From assembly GCF_018977255.1 (NCBI RefSeq), contig NW_024704743.1, positions 99,264,001-99,328,000 on the forward strand: a stretch of 64,000 nucleotides of DNA, written 5' to 3'. Position numbers and translations under genes: made by a program. The DNA comes from Callorhinchus milii (taxonomy: Eukaryota). A model generated the notes under the pieces. It ran no database searches, was not told the DNA's origin, and saw only the letters and a list, made by a program, of their open reading frames with translations. Within the stretch, counting starts at the first letter, position 1, and each line of letters opens with the position of its first letter. This document shows, in pieces, positions 1-20,055 of the stretch.

Positions 1-437
1 TCTGACCTTTTTCCCCCCTCCCAGTAATTCATATTTCAACATTGCACGACCTCAGTTAGATGGCAAACTCGCATTGATAGGCAGTCAAAACTACGGATCA
101 TGACTTACGACTTGCAAGAAGTTGTGCCGGCCGACCAATCCTGGACAACTACCAGTGCCAAACAGCTTAAATACATTAAACTACAATTCGATTTGACAAT
201 TCAATTTGACTCACTGGTGAAGTCAACTCTGCTGCTATGGTCAAAATTACTCAATCCACTATTAGGCTATTACCTGACAGTGGAAGACACTGTTGTTAGG
301 TTGGTGCACTTCCCTTCTCTCTTTGGGTTACTAAAAAGCTGGTTGCTCTACAGTTACATGTGATTCTTGTCAACTCAGGAAGTACCAACTTGCTTTAGAC
401 TGTAGTGTGGTAACCTTCTCAAATGTTGTGTTTTCAG

Positions 438-7466
<7,029 letters not shown>

Positions 7467-7784
7467 TGTCTTCCTGGCTCTGCAAATAGTTGAAGCACAG
7501 GAGTTTTTGGATGTAGATGTAACGCTCTATTATCTTCAAGTTTTGAAGATAATTGTCCACAAAATGGATCACTCCTATTCAAGTGTGGGAGAGATCTGCA
7601 GCCTGTGCACCTGCAATGGAATAACCTGTAAAAGAGTTAGCCGGGATGGTTTTTCAAGGTGAATAAGTGTGGGGGTTTGTTTTGATATAAAGCAGGAGTA
7701 TTTACAGTTGTACAATACATCAGTATTTGCTGTTTTAAAGTCTTTGTAGGATTGCTGCTTTGGGGCTTATTTGCAAATGTTAAC

Positions 7785-7790
7785 AATAAA
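7785..7790 (+). promoter_or_regulatory. Probable TYMS polyadenylation signal (AATAAA)
   Basis: First AATAAA about 320 nt after the stop codon, followed by GT/T-rich sequence. Confidence 0.6.
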
Positions 7791-8873
7791 GGTGTACTCT
7801 TTGGAACAATATCTTCTAGTATTTCAAAGCATTATCTTCCAGGACCTCTGGTAATGTGTGAACAAGCCAGCTTTTGGAAATTGAGACGTTTCTCGCCTCC
7901 AAGCAAGCAGTCGGACTAGAAAGTCAGGTGTCCTTATAAAATGCTCCAGCAGTGTCAGTATTGTACAGCCATTGTCGGGAGCACCGTTAACAATACACAT
8001 TTACATTTTATAAAGAGCCTTTCGCGTCAGAAGAACATCCCAAAGCATTTACCAGTATTGGCTGGACACGCAAGCTGGGATGGAGTGAGGGGGGGTGGAG
8101 AGGCGAAAGATGATTGAAAGATCGGTCTTGACGTGGACTTTGAATGAGAGGAGAGAGGGAGTGATTTGGAGGATTCCAGAATTGAGGTCCAGAAAGTGGT
8201 GACAAAAAGGTTGAAATCACATCCGCAGATCTTTCTGGTCTGATTCCTTTTACTCTCCTCTAACTTGTAAAGAGGCTTCTCCAGCCCACCTGCTTGAGGT
8301 TTGATGGAAGGTCTCCCTCGAGACATAACCCTATCTTTCTCTTTCAGGTACTATGAACTTGCTGTGTGTTCTCAGCATTTTCTGTCTTTATTGCAGGAAA
8401 AAAAGATTAAAATCAATTTTCTGTACATAAATTGCTAACAAGTTAAATGGCAGTAAATCTGGTGATTTGACAATATAATTTGCTGGTACAGTAATTGAGT
8501 TTCCATTATACAGTTAATATTAATCACACTGCTCAGCAGTGGCAGGTCAGTCTGCTGATGGCTAGGGGCACAATCTTCAGTTGGGAAAAAGGTTTACTCG
8601 AAAGCAAGCAGGATATTAATTGCAAGGTTAACTGCTGTCAGAACAGATTAATAGGGAGTTTTCCAGTAATCTGTTTTTAAAAATCACATGGTCATCCAGC
8701 AAAGCAGTTCCATATACAATACCTTCGGAGTCTGGTTCATGAAATCACAAATATCCTTTGTCTTACATTAATTCAATTTCTTCATCTTCAGTTTTGCTAC
8801 ATTGCAAAATAAAACAAAATTACTTCTGCATACTCCTCCATATCCTACTGGCCTGTACATCTTTTTCCTCCAT

Positions 8874-9190
8874 GTGGAGTCCTGTAGCTCAGTGGTTAGA
8901 GCACTCCTTTTGCAAGCCAGAAACCTGGGTTCGATTCCCGGCAGGGTGAAACCTTGGGCAAGTTTGTTTACTCCACACGCCTGATAATAAACCCTCAAGA
9001 AAAAACAATAATAAATTGGTCATTTCAATCCATGACTGTTTGTGGGACACTGCTGTGTGCAATTGGCTGCCGCATTTTGCCCACAAAATATACAGTCAAT
9101 TCACTTTACAGTCTATTCTGTGAAGCGCTTTGAGACATCTAGCAGACGTGAAAAGGTGCTATATCAAATGCAAGGATTATTATTATTATT
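8874..9190 (+). mobile_element. SINE family A, full length
   Basis: A/B boxes, body, (TTA)n tail. Confidence 0.9.
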
Positions 9191-9880
9191 AACTTTCAAT
9201 GGAGCGAGCAACAGCCAAGTCCTACTATTTAAACACAATATTTGTAACTTAAACAATATTTCTGCAGTCAGAATCTGTGAGAAAGGCTTTTAAGACATTC
9301 TTCCCAAAGCGAAGGTAGAATGTTGTTTTCACCTCCATAAGCTTCAGGAAAGCTGTATTGATGAACAAATCTCAGACTTTAGGCCCTTGTTTTTTTCACA
9401 TTATGTTTTACAACATTTTCTTTGCTTACAAAATGCACAATCACTGCACTTTACAGTGGATCCTGTGGAGCGCTTTAAAGGCTCCTTAGGTGTAGGTCAC
9501 TATTATCAGATACAAGGATTATTATTACTTTGGCCATTTCTTTTATCATTCTTCCAGAGAGGCTAATGAACATTTTCTGAGTCACTGTTTTCTCCATTCC
9601 CTACGGCGTAAACCACACACAACTGAGGAGTCAGGTGGTGAAGCTGCCCCAGACTTGTAACAATGACACTCTTGAGACACCGAGTTGCCTGAGGTGATAC
9701 CAGGATTGTATGTGATTCCCCCACCCTTCCTGCAGGAATGCTTTTAGCCTCTTCAATGAAGCCAGTAAACTCCTGCAATCTTACAGAGCCATGAAAGTGG
9801 GAGTGATGGCCTTGTTTTAAATATTCCAGAGGAACACTTGGAGGCAATTGCTTCAATCCCTTAAAATAACAACTTGCATT

Positions 9881-10250
9881 TATAATAATCCTTGCATTTG
9901 ATGTAGCACCTGATCACGTCATCGAGACATCTCAAAGCGCTTCACAGAATACACTGTAAAGTAAATTGACTAGATTTTGTGGGCTAAACACAGCAGCCAA
10001 TTGCACACAGCAGTGTCCCACAAACAGACATGGATTGAGTGACCAAATTATTATTTGTTTTAATTCTGAAGGGATTATTACCGCCGGAAAAGTGATTAGC
10101 CAATCGACTAACAACCAGGTTCCTACTTATGCTAGGTAAAGAGAGGCATGTGGAGTAAGGAAACTTGCCCAATGTTTCGTCCTGCCCGGGTATCGAACCT
10201 GGGTCCTCTTGCTTGTGAGGCGAATGCTCTAACCACTGAGCTACAGGATT
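9881..10250 (-). mobile_element. SINE family A, long subtype
   Basis: tRNA head plus extra segment tttacctagc..aagtaggaacctggttgttagtcgattgg. Confidence 0.88.
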
Positions 10251-11518
10251 ATATAGCTCCGCTCATACAGGATAGCATCCCAGAGCGCTAAATAAGCCTT
10301 GCATTTCATATAGCACCTTATCAAGTCAAACACTTCATAGTTAACTCTTGACTGAGTTTTCGAATGGTGCAAAGGGGATCTTTAATGTCCAACTGAATAA
10401 ATAGCCTGACACAATCTTGATTTAACATTTTGACAAAAGGATGTCACTTCTGACAATGCAGTCTCAGCACTGGCCTGGAGGGCCACTCGATAGATACCGT
10501 GAGCTCAAAGTGCTCATGTGGGGCTTGAACTTTCTAATTTAAAGGTGAGAGTGCTACCAACAACCAGCCTGAGTTCCAGCCAAGTGCTGTGAGTCGCCAC
10601 CCGGCGTGGAGAGCGCTATATAAGTGAAAGTTGTTGTGGAGTTTTGATACAGTTGCCAGCAGGGGCCATGTTTCAGGTTTTCTATCAGTTGTATCACACC
10701 CCTCCCCCAGAGGGGATTGGCGGAGTTATCAGCCTCTTCCACAATCTCTGGGCTCAGCTGAAGGTTCAGTCTCGAAAGGCCACCCATGTCAAAAGTCAAA
10801 TTCATCACCTGTTCTCTGGGATCTCCACTCTCCTTGATCCCAGAACGAATATTTTAGTTTAGATGCTATGAAAATTCCTTCATGTGAAAGGCACCATGGA
10901 AATATATTGTGATTATTTAATTGATTATTATGTTGTATGCTGCCAAACACCACATTCCAGGAGGTTTTGCCCTTTATGCTCTTTTAAGTTCAACCGTGAA
11001 AAATCCTGTTCTTCTTCTTGTTTGTACTGCACTAAACCCTCATTTAGAAAGGTTCCCAAGATATCACTGTGTCCTCTTAACCTATTGCTGTAGTGTATCT
11101 AAAAGTATTAAATTGGGTTTATTTCGTTGTTCAGATTCAGCATCTTTAAATCTGTCTATAAGATCCCCTCTGAGTTGTCTCCTTTCAAGGCTACAGAGCC
11201 CAAGCTTGCTGTGTTTCCTCCTAGCTCATCCCTTAACACTGGGATCGACTTCATTGTTTCTCTGCAATTGGTCTCTGTGGCCACTTGGCATCTCAGGTTC
11301 AAATTGTCCTTGTTTATGCTGTGTTAAATGAATATTGTATGATTTTGAAGAACCTTAATTTAAAGTACTTTCAAAAAAAGTAATTCAGTGTCAACAAAAT
11401 GGACATTGGTAAATTCGGACTGCTACATTCCAAAACAAAACAGTAACATTATAATAAAACTAACATTTTACAAGGCAAATGGATTTCAGCTGTGTCAGGA
11501 ATTTTTCTTACTACAAGG

Positions 11519-12085
11519 GCATAGATAATATTGGATACAGGCTCGATGTAATGAAGGCGAGTATGAGGGTTTCGGTGGCCTGCGGTGTGAGACAGTGTCG
11601 GAGCCGGGAAATGTTGCGGAGATGGGGGAAGGCAGAGCGGGTCATGGCACATATGTGGGGTAGAAAGGATAGTTGAGGGTCAAACAAGACCCCAAGGTTC
11701 CAGACTGGCTTAGCAAGGTGGAGTGTGCAACCATGGATGGTGATGCTGAGGAGGCGCTGACAGGAGCCAATCAGGAGAGCCTCGGTTTTGTTGACATTCA
11801 CCTGAAGAAAGTTAGCTCTCATTCAGGACTTGATGTCTGACAGACATTCTGTCAGGACAGTAGTGGTCCTGGAGTCAAGGATGGAGGCAGAGAGGTAGAG
11901 TTGGGTGTCAACCGCATACATGTGGAGGTTGACCCCATGTCTGTGGATGACGTCACCAAGAGGGAGTATATAGATGTTGAAGAGGATGGAACCAAGGACA
12001 GAGTCCTGAGGAACACCACACAAAATGGTCCAGGGGCTAGAGGAGAAGCCGTTTGAGGAGATGAAGTGCTTTCACCCTACTGCCC
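11519..12085 (-). mobile_element. L2-clade LINE RT fragment
   Basis: Minus-strand [31 protein letters not shown] motifs. Confidence 0.85.
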
Positions 12086-13670
12086 CAGTAAGCACTTCAC
12101 TCAGCGAACATCAATCTGCTTCATGTTCTCTGCCCTAACGATCCCACCATAGGCTTTTAGCCCTTCTCTGGAACTCCACCTCAGAGTCCATCCTACTCCC
12201 TCCCTCAGCTTGTTTAAGGTCCATCTTAAGATTCTTCGACTGCGCTTTTGGTTGTCTTTACCCTCCTCACCCCCTTCCATTTCCACCCCCAGTTCGGGTG
12301 CCCAGCAAGCAGTGTTGGGCACTTTGTGATATCCTATGTGAAAGACTCTATATAGATGTAAATTGTATTATACTGGTATATAGGAGTGCAAACTGGTAGA
12401 TAGGACCATTTGTAAACTAATATGAAAGGCGGTATATAAATGCAATTTGTTATTGTTGTTCACAGTTGTCAGAATAAATAGAATTTTAGAACTCCAGGCA
12501 CGGAGTAACTGGAAAACAGTGCTTAGTGCCTGTGAAATTCTTGTCATCCACATCCAATTACAAGGGTTCGATACCATGTGGTTCAATGCAAAATCAAACC
12601 AACAGAAGTACCCTGTTTGTTTGAGCTGGTGTCAGCCAGTTCTGCTACTGGAGATTGACGTTAGGACCCGTATCCAACTGGGCCTCTGTGAGAAGGTGCC
12701 AAGCAAAGGCTAGGAGCTTCCACACAGCGGAGAGAATTATGAAAGTGCTGCTATCTTCAGGCAATTCTGAAGAATCATAATAGGTAACCCACCTGACCCC
12801 ATTCCTGCAGTTTGGGCAAAGCTTGAGCAAAAAAACTGGAAGAAATTTGTGATCAAATCAGAAAGACTGACACAACAAACATGTTGCTTACTGATATAAT
12901 CCCCTCCTTCAATAAACACACACATACACACACACACCAAACCTAATTGTATGTCTGCCACATCATAACATATCAGTAATAATAATATAATAATAATCCT
13001 TGCATTTGATATAGCGCCTTATCATGTCTTCGAGATATCTCAAAGCACTTCACAGAATATACCGTAAAGTGAATCGACTGTAGTTTAGATGGTACCACCC
13101 ATAGAAAATAAATAGAACTTATCCCGTCTACTCTGCCTTTGGAAAGTCTCAGGGGTTTGAATAGATACAGTGGGTACAATAATTCAAGAAACTTTGAGTA
13201 TATTCACAATTAAACTGATAGAAAGATAAAAGTCATCAGCAAAACTTCAGTGCTATATTGTAAAGAAGTTACCACTACATTGGGGGCATTCTAATGACAT
13301 TTTCTTTTGTGACAATATGCAAAGTTAAAGCTGGAGAAGTTGAAAGACAGTGAAGAATATTAATGCACATAAGACAAGAGCGGCTTTGTATTTGTACAAT
13401 AACACATTGCCAATGTAATTCAGATTTAGATTGCAGGGCAACCAGTTTACACCGACAGTGCGTTCAGACTATAGTAGAAAGAATAAGCTGTAATAACGTT
13501 ATGTTTCACCAGAGGTCCCCATCACCTGATGGATGTTACAAATGCCTGGATCAGCTGGACATACCAGTCTCATTTATGTTTGGCAAGCAACTATGATATC
13601 CTGTTAACTTGCTGAGAGGCAGGAGATTTTAGTCACGTTGAAATAACATTTAATTACATTTTTATGAACT

Positions 13671-13753
13671 CTATCTCAACTACTTATCAGTGCAGCCAAT
13701 CCAGGTGCGGGATATCGTGCAGACAGGGTATCCATCATGTAACATACATTTCT
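13671..13753 (-). pseudogene. ENOSF1: Decayed ENOSF1 exon (equivalent to the 83-nt internal exon encoding ..GYPAYTTSCAWLGY..); unitary pseudogene relic
   Basis: Minus strand: ttcatttccag|AG AAA TGT ATG TTA CAT GAT GGA TAC CCT GTC TGC ACG ATA TCC CGC ACC TGG ATT GGC TGC ACT GAT AAG TAG TTG AGA TAG = (E)KCMLHDGYPVCTISRTWIGCTDK*LR*, versus human EKQMLAQGYPAYTTSCAWLGYSDDTLKQ (recalled). Same length and phase, syntenic position and orientation between TYMS and YES1, two in-frame TAG codons, no GT donor at the expected position. Confidence 0.8.
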
Positions 13754-14016
13754 CTGGAAATGAAATTTGACACAGCATGAATTCAAAATGTTCTCCAAGC
13801 TGCTGTGAACATGGATTTTACAGCTCTAACAACATGGGTGGTGATTTGTAACCCAATATTTTGTTAATCTCTGAATCCATCAATAGAAATATGCTTACGG
13901 GCAAGTAAACATGTTTTTTGATCAGTTGAAAAATCAACACAGCCTTATTTTCAGACTATTTGACAGTAAAATAGTAAGCAGCTTTGCAGTATTAAAACAG
14001 TCACTGTGGAGCCAAT

Positions 14017-14380
14017 TAATAATAATAATCCTTGCATTTGATATAGCGCCCTATCACGTCTTTGAGACGTCTCAAAGCACTTCACAGAAAATACCGTAAA
14101 TAATAATAATAATAATAATCCTTGCATTTGATATAGCGCTTTTCACGTCAGGAGGACGTCCCAAAGCGCTTCACAGAACACACTGTAAAGTGAATTGACT
14201 GTATATTTTGTGGGTGAAACACAGCAGCCAATTGCACACAACAGTATCCCATAAACAGTGACCAAATTATTATTTAAAAAAAATGTTTTTGAAGGGATTA
14301 TTACCCCCAGAAAAGCGATCTGCCAATCGACTAACAACCTACTTACTGCTAGGTAAACAGGCGTGTGGAGAAAAGAACTT
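14017..14380 (-). mobile_element. SINE family A (two adjacent fragments)
   Basis: Two (TAA)n tails and family body. Confidence 0.8.
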
Positions 14381-17139
14381 ACCTAATTTTTGTTTCTAGG
14401 CACTGACTCATGTTGGATACAGTTGGATTGATCACCCTCCTATAATTCACTCAGCCAGCCTTTCTTCATCTGTGAGCATAGACAATGAATGCCCACAGGC
14501 TATTCAATAATGGGGGGACACCTGCTGGTATAGTGATCAGGAATGGGAAGCCAAGCTGACTGATTCCCTCCGTAGCCTAAGGGACACAGCGTCTAATTAT
14601 GGAGTTTTCATTGCTGATCCACTTGAGATCAATAACTCAGAACTGATTGGGATTTAAATCTTAAACCTTCTAGTATGTATAGGCTAGAGTTAATTGGGCA
14701 GTGTCTTTATCTTTTAAACTATACTAACATAATATTAATAATCCTTGCATTTGATATAGCACATTTCATGTCATTGAGACCTCTCAAAGAGCTTCATAAG
14801 ATATACTGTAAATTGGAGTGACTGTGTAATTTGTGGGTGCAACACGGCAGCCAGTTGCACACAGCAATGTCCCACAAACAGCCATGCAGTGAGTGATCAA
14901 TTTTATTTGGGGGATTGTATGCCAGGACACAGAGAGAAACTGGCTGCTCTTTTCGAATAATGATATTTAAAACTGAGGGAGCTTCAGCTGGATTTAACTC
15001 AGCACTAGCATGTCACGTTTATTTTCTCTTCTTATTCCACCCTGCCTGTCTCAAGACCCTCCTCTTCAACTGTGCCTCCTGTAAGCCTCCTATTCCTACC
15101 TTCCCTTTACTCCACCCCTCCTGATCCCAATCCCCAGCTCAGATCCAAACCCTTCACTGTCCAGTGCCTTGGGACATCCTCCCGATGTGAAAAGCGCTAT
15201 ACAAATATAATTTGTTGTTGTTCTCAATTTGATGGGCTCTTACCTGAAATCATGGGGAGCCTCTTCACATGTATACCGAGCACAGTTGAGGATCTATATT
15301 TGTGAGGTGGTGAGATTGTGCATAAAGGTGCTGCAGCCCAATAACAAAGGAATGTAACCATAAAATGAATCACAATGGAGTGAGCCTGGAAAATTCACAA
15401 AGAAGCAACGAACAGACAACAAAGCAGCAGGAGTACTGGGCGGAGACCACAGGCAGCACTGGAAACTCACTGCTAGAAACATTTACGTTAAAACAGATAG
15501 GGACAGAAGTATGCTACGATTAACAGTTTGTGTCACAAATTCATTTTAAAAAATCTTTTAATCTCAGTTTCTTTGCCACAATAATACAGTATCTATCATC
15601 CTGGCGTTACTTTCTTTATCCTTCCAGGGAACAGACATGATTGATTTTCAACAGTTACATTTCACATTTGTACAACGCTGCATCACAATTAGCAGTAATG
15701 CATTCCAATATTTTGCACCACTGAAATAGCAATAAAGCTACCTCACAGCAACATACATTAGGCAATATAAGCAAATACCACATCCGAAATGTAAGTACAC
15801 TCTGAAAATCTAACCAAGAAAACATGTTGTCACATGCTGAATTCAACAGCTGCTGCAACTACTGTTTCAGTGAACGTATCGCCTTCTGTAATATATGGTT
15901 TTCAACAGAAAGAGCTTGCATTTTTATAGTTTTAACCATCTCAAGGAACTTGAAAAATAATTAATGTCATGTGTATTGACTGTCTAGGCAGACACAACAG
16001 ATATTTTTGCCAGTAGGCTCCCACAAGCAGAAATGAAGCGAATGATCTATTAACACAATATCCATTTATTGTCTTTTACATTGGGAGGAAATCTCAAAGT
16101 GCTTGACTTGGCACTTATGGCTGGAACACCTGAGCTGGGGGTGGGAGCTGAAGCAAATGAGGAGGGGAAAGATGACCATAAGTATGGTAAATAGGTATGT
16201 CTATATCTGAAAGATAATGCAGTGTCTTCTCGAAACTGGCTGGAATGTCAGCCTGGATTATGAGCTCAAGTCCCGACATGGGATTTTCATACCTTATGTC
16301 TTAAATATTACTTGTGACAGAATTTAAAGCTTAGAAAACCACTAGTTATCCAGAGTTTATACAGTAACCCTATCATACTTAAAGGAGCACTGGTTCGATG
16401 AAGAATTGTACGTCACTTTTTTTTAAAAAGTTTTCACCACAACAACAACTTGCACTCTATAGATGAACATCTCAAAGTCCTCAGAGACAACAGAGCGTAG
16501 TGGAAAAGGAAAGAACCTTTGAAAGTTCTGACCAAATGCATGGTCAAAGAGGTACTTTTGGGAACATTTTAAAGGATGGGAGAGAAGGAGAAAAGGGAAG
16601 GGATTATTGGGAATTTCCAGAGAACAAAGGCATAGTTGCTAACAGCTCTGTCACCGACAGCAGGATGAAGGGAGTGAGAAATGAGTCATAGACTACAGTT
16701 GGATGAGTGAAGGGCACACTTGGGAAAATCGGCTGGAAGAGATTTCCTAAACAGGAAGGGTCACAATTGTCAAGGGGTTTGAAGGTCAGAACAAGGATCA
16801 TGAAATTAATCCACTAGGGTGCAGGAAACCAATGGTGCTTGGTAAGGATGACGATAATGTATTTGGAAAGCTTATTCCAGGCGTGTCATGTCGAAACCCA
16901 GCACTGAATCATTTAAATACACCATCATAAGAAAAATAACATAGATCTCTTCTTGAATTTCCTGGCAAAATTAACATATTTGCGAACAACTTCCTTCATT
17001 GAAAATGTACCCCAAACCAAGACAGTTGGGTACATTTTCCCAAGGTTAAATCATTTAGAAAGGAAATATAAAGATTTCTGATTTAAGGGACAGTAGGAAA
17101 GAAGGTAGACAGACAGATGAAGGGACATCAAGCCCTGAA

Positions 17140-17875
17140 TCTCTGAACTCCAACTTTTTGCAGCTGAATGCTGACAAGATGGAAGCCTTCTTGGCTCCCG
17201 TCAACTTCTCCTCACCTCCTAAACTTCCCCAACTAATTCCTCAGACTCACTGAACTTGTGTGCAACTGAGGCATCAGGTCCGATCACCAGCTTTCCTTCC
17301 TACCTCATATCCAGTCCCTAACCAGGAACGCATTCCTCCATTTCTGCCTCTTTGACAGTCTCTTCAGTTACACCATTCATAAAATCCAATTAATTCAAAA
17401 AACTACGAGCCATAGCCTCACCAAACTCCATACCCACATCACACCAGTCCTTCCAAGCTCCATTGGCTTCCTATTGCAGAATGGATACATTTCAAGATCC
17501 TCACTCTCACGTACAAATCACTTCAGGCCCTGGCATCCCCCCACCTCACCAACCTGCTTACACTGCACTTAACTACTTGCCACCTGTGCTCAGTGGCTTT
17601 GGCCTCCTGCACTTCCTTCATTCCCTCCACTCCACCATCGGCAGTAGTGCTTTCAGGCACTATGCACTGCGACTCTGCAACTCTCTGCCTCAATCCCTCT
17701 GCCTTGCCCCCTCCTTGTCCATCTTCAGATCACACCTGAAGACCTTCCTCTTCGATTGTGCTTATGGTGACCTTCCCATTCTCCCTGGCTCGACATCAAG
17801 CTCTGCCACTATTAAGCGCTCCAAGACATTACCCTGCACGAAGAACATTAATATAAAGGCAAGTCATTGTTGTTT
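17140..17875 (+). mobile_element. Degenerate L2-clade LINE 3' fragment
   Basis: LHWL..FKIL.., FRSHLKTFLF and ttgttgt tail. Confidence 0.75.
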
Positions 17876-19859
17876 GACCTCTATGTTGTGAAGCAGCTTT
17901 CTCTGTGGCACTCATTCTGACTGAGGTACCACTTAAAGAACTGAAAAAAACACTTCAAAACTGACAAAAGCTTTTACAAACCTTGAGATGATTTGCAAGG
18001 TGGGTTGAGCGGGAGGTGCAAAATTATGTAAAGGGTTAAGATTACTCAATCAAAGCATGAGGGTGAGTACACTTTCAAATGTGATAGACAGAGAATGCGA
18101 CAGTTGGCAGCACTCAATGTGCTAAATCTTACTGATACATTTCTTATGTGAGTCAAGCAGAATGTTTTTTAAATCCCTACATTATTGCCTTGTGTGTGCT
18201 GCAAAGTGCACTCATCTCTTGATTATTTAAACGAGGTCCACAGAAGAATTGAAGAATTGAAGGAGTGCTAAATCATATAGTCTTATAGTCAGGCTCCGCC
18301 ACTGTTAAGCGCTCTGACACCCTGCCCTGCGTGGAGGGTACTATATAAGTGCAAGTTGTTGTTGTAGGTGTTCATTTCTTTTAAAGAAAGTTAAATGTTT
18401 AATGATGGCCAATTTCTCTAAAAATGCCAACTGTCCTAGTTTTTCTTCAGTGTATAAATACACATTAGTTACTTTTCCACATTCCAATCTACCAAGTCCC
18501 ATTTCTGTTGAGATCAATTATACCATTGCCTCCAAAACACAGTTATGGAACTGGGTGCAACAGGAAGTTAGTCATATTTCTTGCAACTCAATAGATTATG
18601 CAAATAAGACAAAACGATTCAGTACATACATGAGCAATGTCAAAACCAGACATTAAAATTGAATTTCCTAGTATTGGATTGGATTATTTCTGATGTCTAA
18701 ATGTGAAATTAGACTCATGTAAAAGGCAATTTTTAGGGTGGATTTGGATTATTAGGTCCTGTGATATTAAGAGTCTTTTGAAGGGCAGGTAAGTGGGATC
18801 TTTTGAGCTGAACTGGTCCCATGGTGATTTGTCTTATAATCAAGTTGTGGAAAGGAGTCAAACCTCTGTGGCTGGCTTGGTAGTCCAGTTCCTGCGCCAA
18901 GCACGTCTACAGAGCTCCACAGCCTGGCTTATTAACAGAAGTTGAAGAAGCAAATCAATCATTGGGGGCAGGGAATCTTCCCATTCAGCTCCTGTTAACT
19001 CTGCAAGCCAAAGCCCTTACAATTGTAACAGTTTTCTCACAACCATTTATACAGGTTTGGTTGTCCTATCAGGAAAATAATTAAAAGCTTGCCAGAGTGC
19101 TTGCAATGGCAATTTACATGGTTTTATCTGGTGCAGTACTCCAATGCACGTTCTGGGGTTCACAAGCCTTGAAAACCTGTGTCTAACATTTTCAGGGTTA
19201 GGTAAGCATTCCTTCTAGACATGGGGAATTTTCATGCACAGGTGCCATGCACATGTGGAACTGTGAGGCTGGCTTTGTACTCTTATGCATGGTAATGGGT
19301 TTCTTTATGCCAAACACGCAGCTGACTAAATACATACCATCTTTCTACAACAAACTACAGAAAGAATCGCTGAATCACTGGAATAAAGTACAGGATACAC
19401 AATGCTTTAGGATCTCCCCCCAAAAAACAAATTGCATTTGCATAGCACTTTTTATATAGGATAATATCTTGAAGTGCTCTAAAAAGATGTAGGTCAGGCA
19501 GCAAGTGTGGGGGATCCTCGGGGGGATGCGATGACCATTAGTGCAGTCAAAGAGGTTTTCAACTACTCTTCTTCTATAACCTTTTATGTTTATTTTGATT
19601 TATAAATAAAACCTATTTTTATTTTGGGGTCTGTCTTATGATTTTGATTGTGTCCTACCCAGGGAGGGAAAGAGATAGATGGGTTGTGAGCTGTTAGCAT
19701 TGTTCCTGCAGTACCATCAGATTACTGTCATTAGATTGGTGTCATGAGCTCTATCTATGAAAGAGGTCAAACCAGGGAATCTGGAACGATGAAACTCGAA
19801 TATAGGGCAGTTTTTAGGAATAGTGTGCCAGTTTTTAGGAATAGTGTTAGGAAAGAAAA

Positions 19860-20055
19860 ACAACAAAAACAGAAATGCTGGAACCCACATTAGCACCGAA
19901 AGAAGATTAGTCAATGTTTCAAATATGACCCTCCACAGAAGAGTTTAGTCCTGATGAAGATTCATCAGCCTATCTCTTTAAAATTGATGAGGTGCTGTAG
20001 CTATTCAGCATTTCTGCTGTATTGCCATTTCAGATTTCCATTATTTGCAGTTTTG
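19860..20055. repeat. Chondrichthyan-type inverted (Penelope-derived-like) repeat
   Basis: aaaacagaaatgctgga ... tcagcatttctg..atttcagatttcca inverted arms; related fragment near 8320-8395. Family assignment is from recall. Confidence 0.5.

Noticed and set aside
9540..9856. Strong plus-strand acceptor (ttttatcattcttccag) and a 97-aa minus-strand ORF
   Set aside because: No recognisable protein similarity or partner exons; cannot be supported without transcripts.
12700..12740. Minus-strand AVWKLL resembling the ENOSF1 PVWKLL micro-exon
   Set aside because: No acceptor AG or donor GT, and out of exon order relative to the 13671-13753 relic.
17001..17039. 12-bp perfect inverted repeat gaaaatgtaccc..gggtacattttc
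   Set aside because: Too short and lacks context; no function can be supported.
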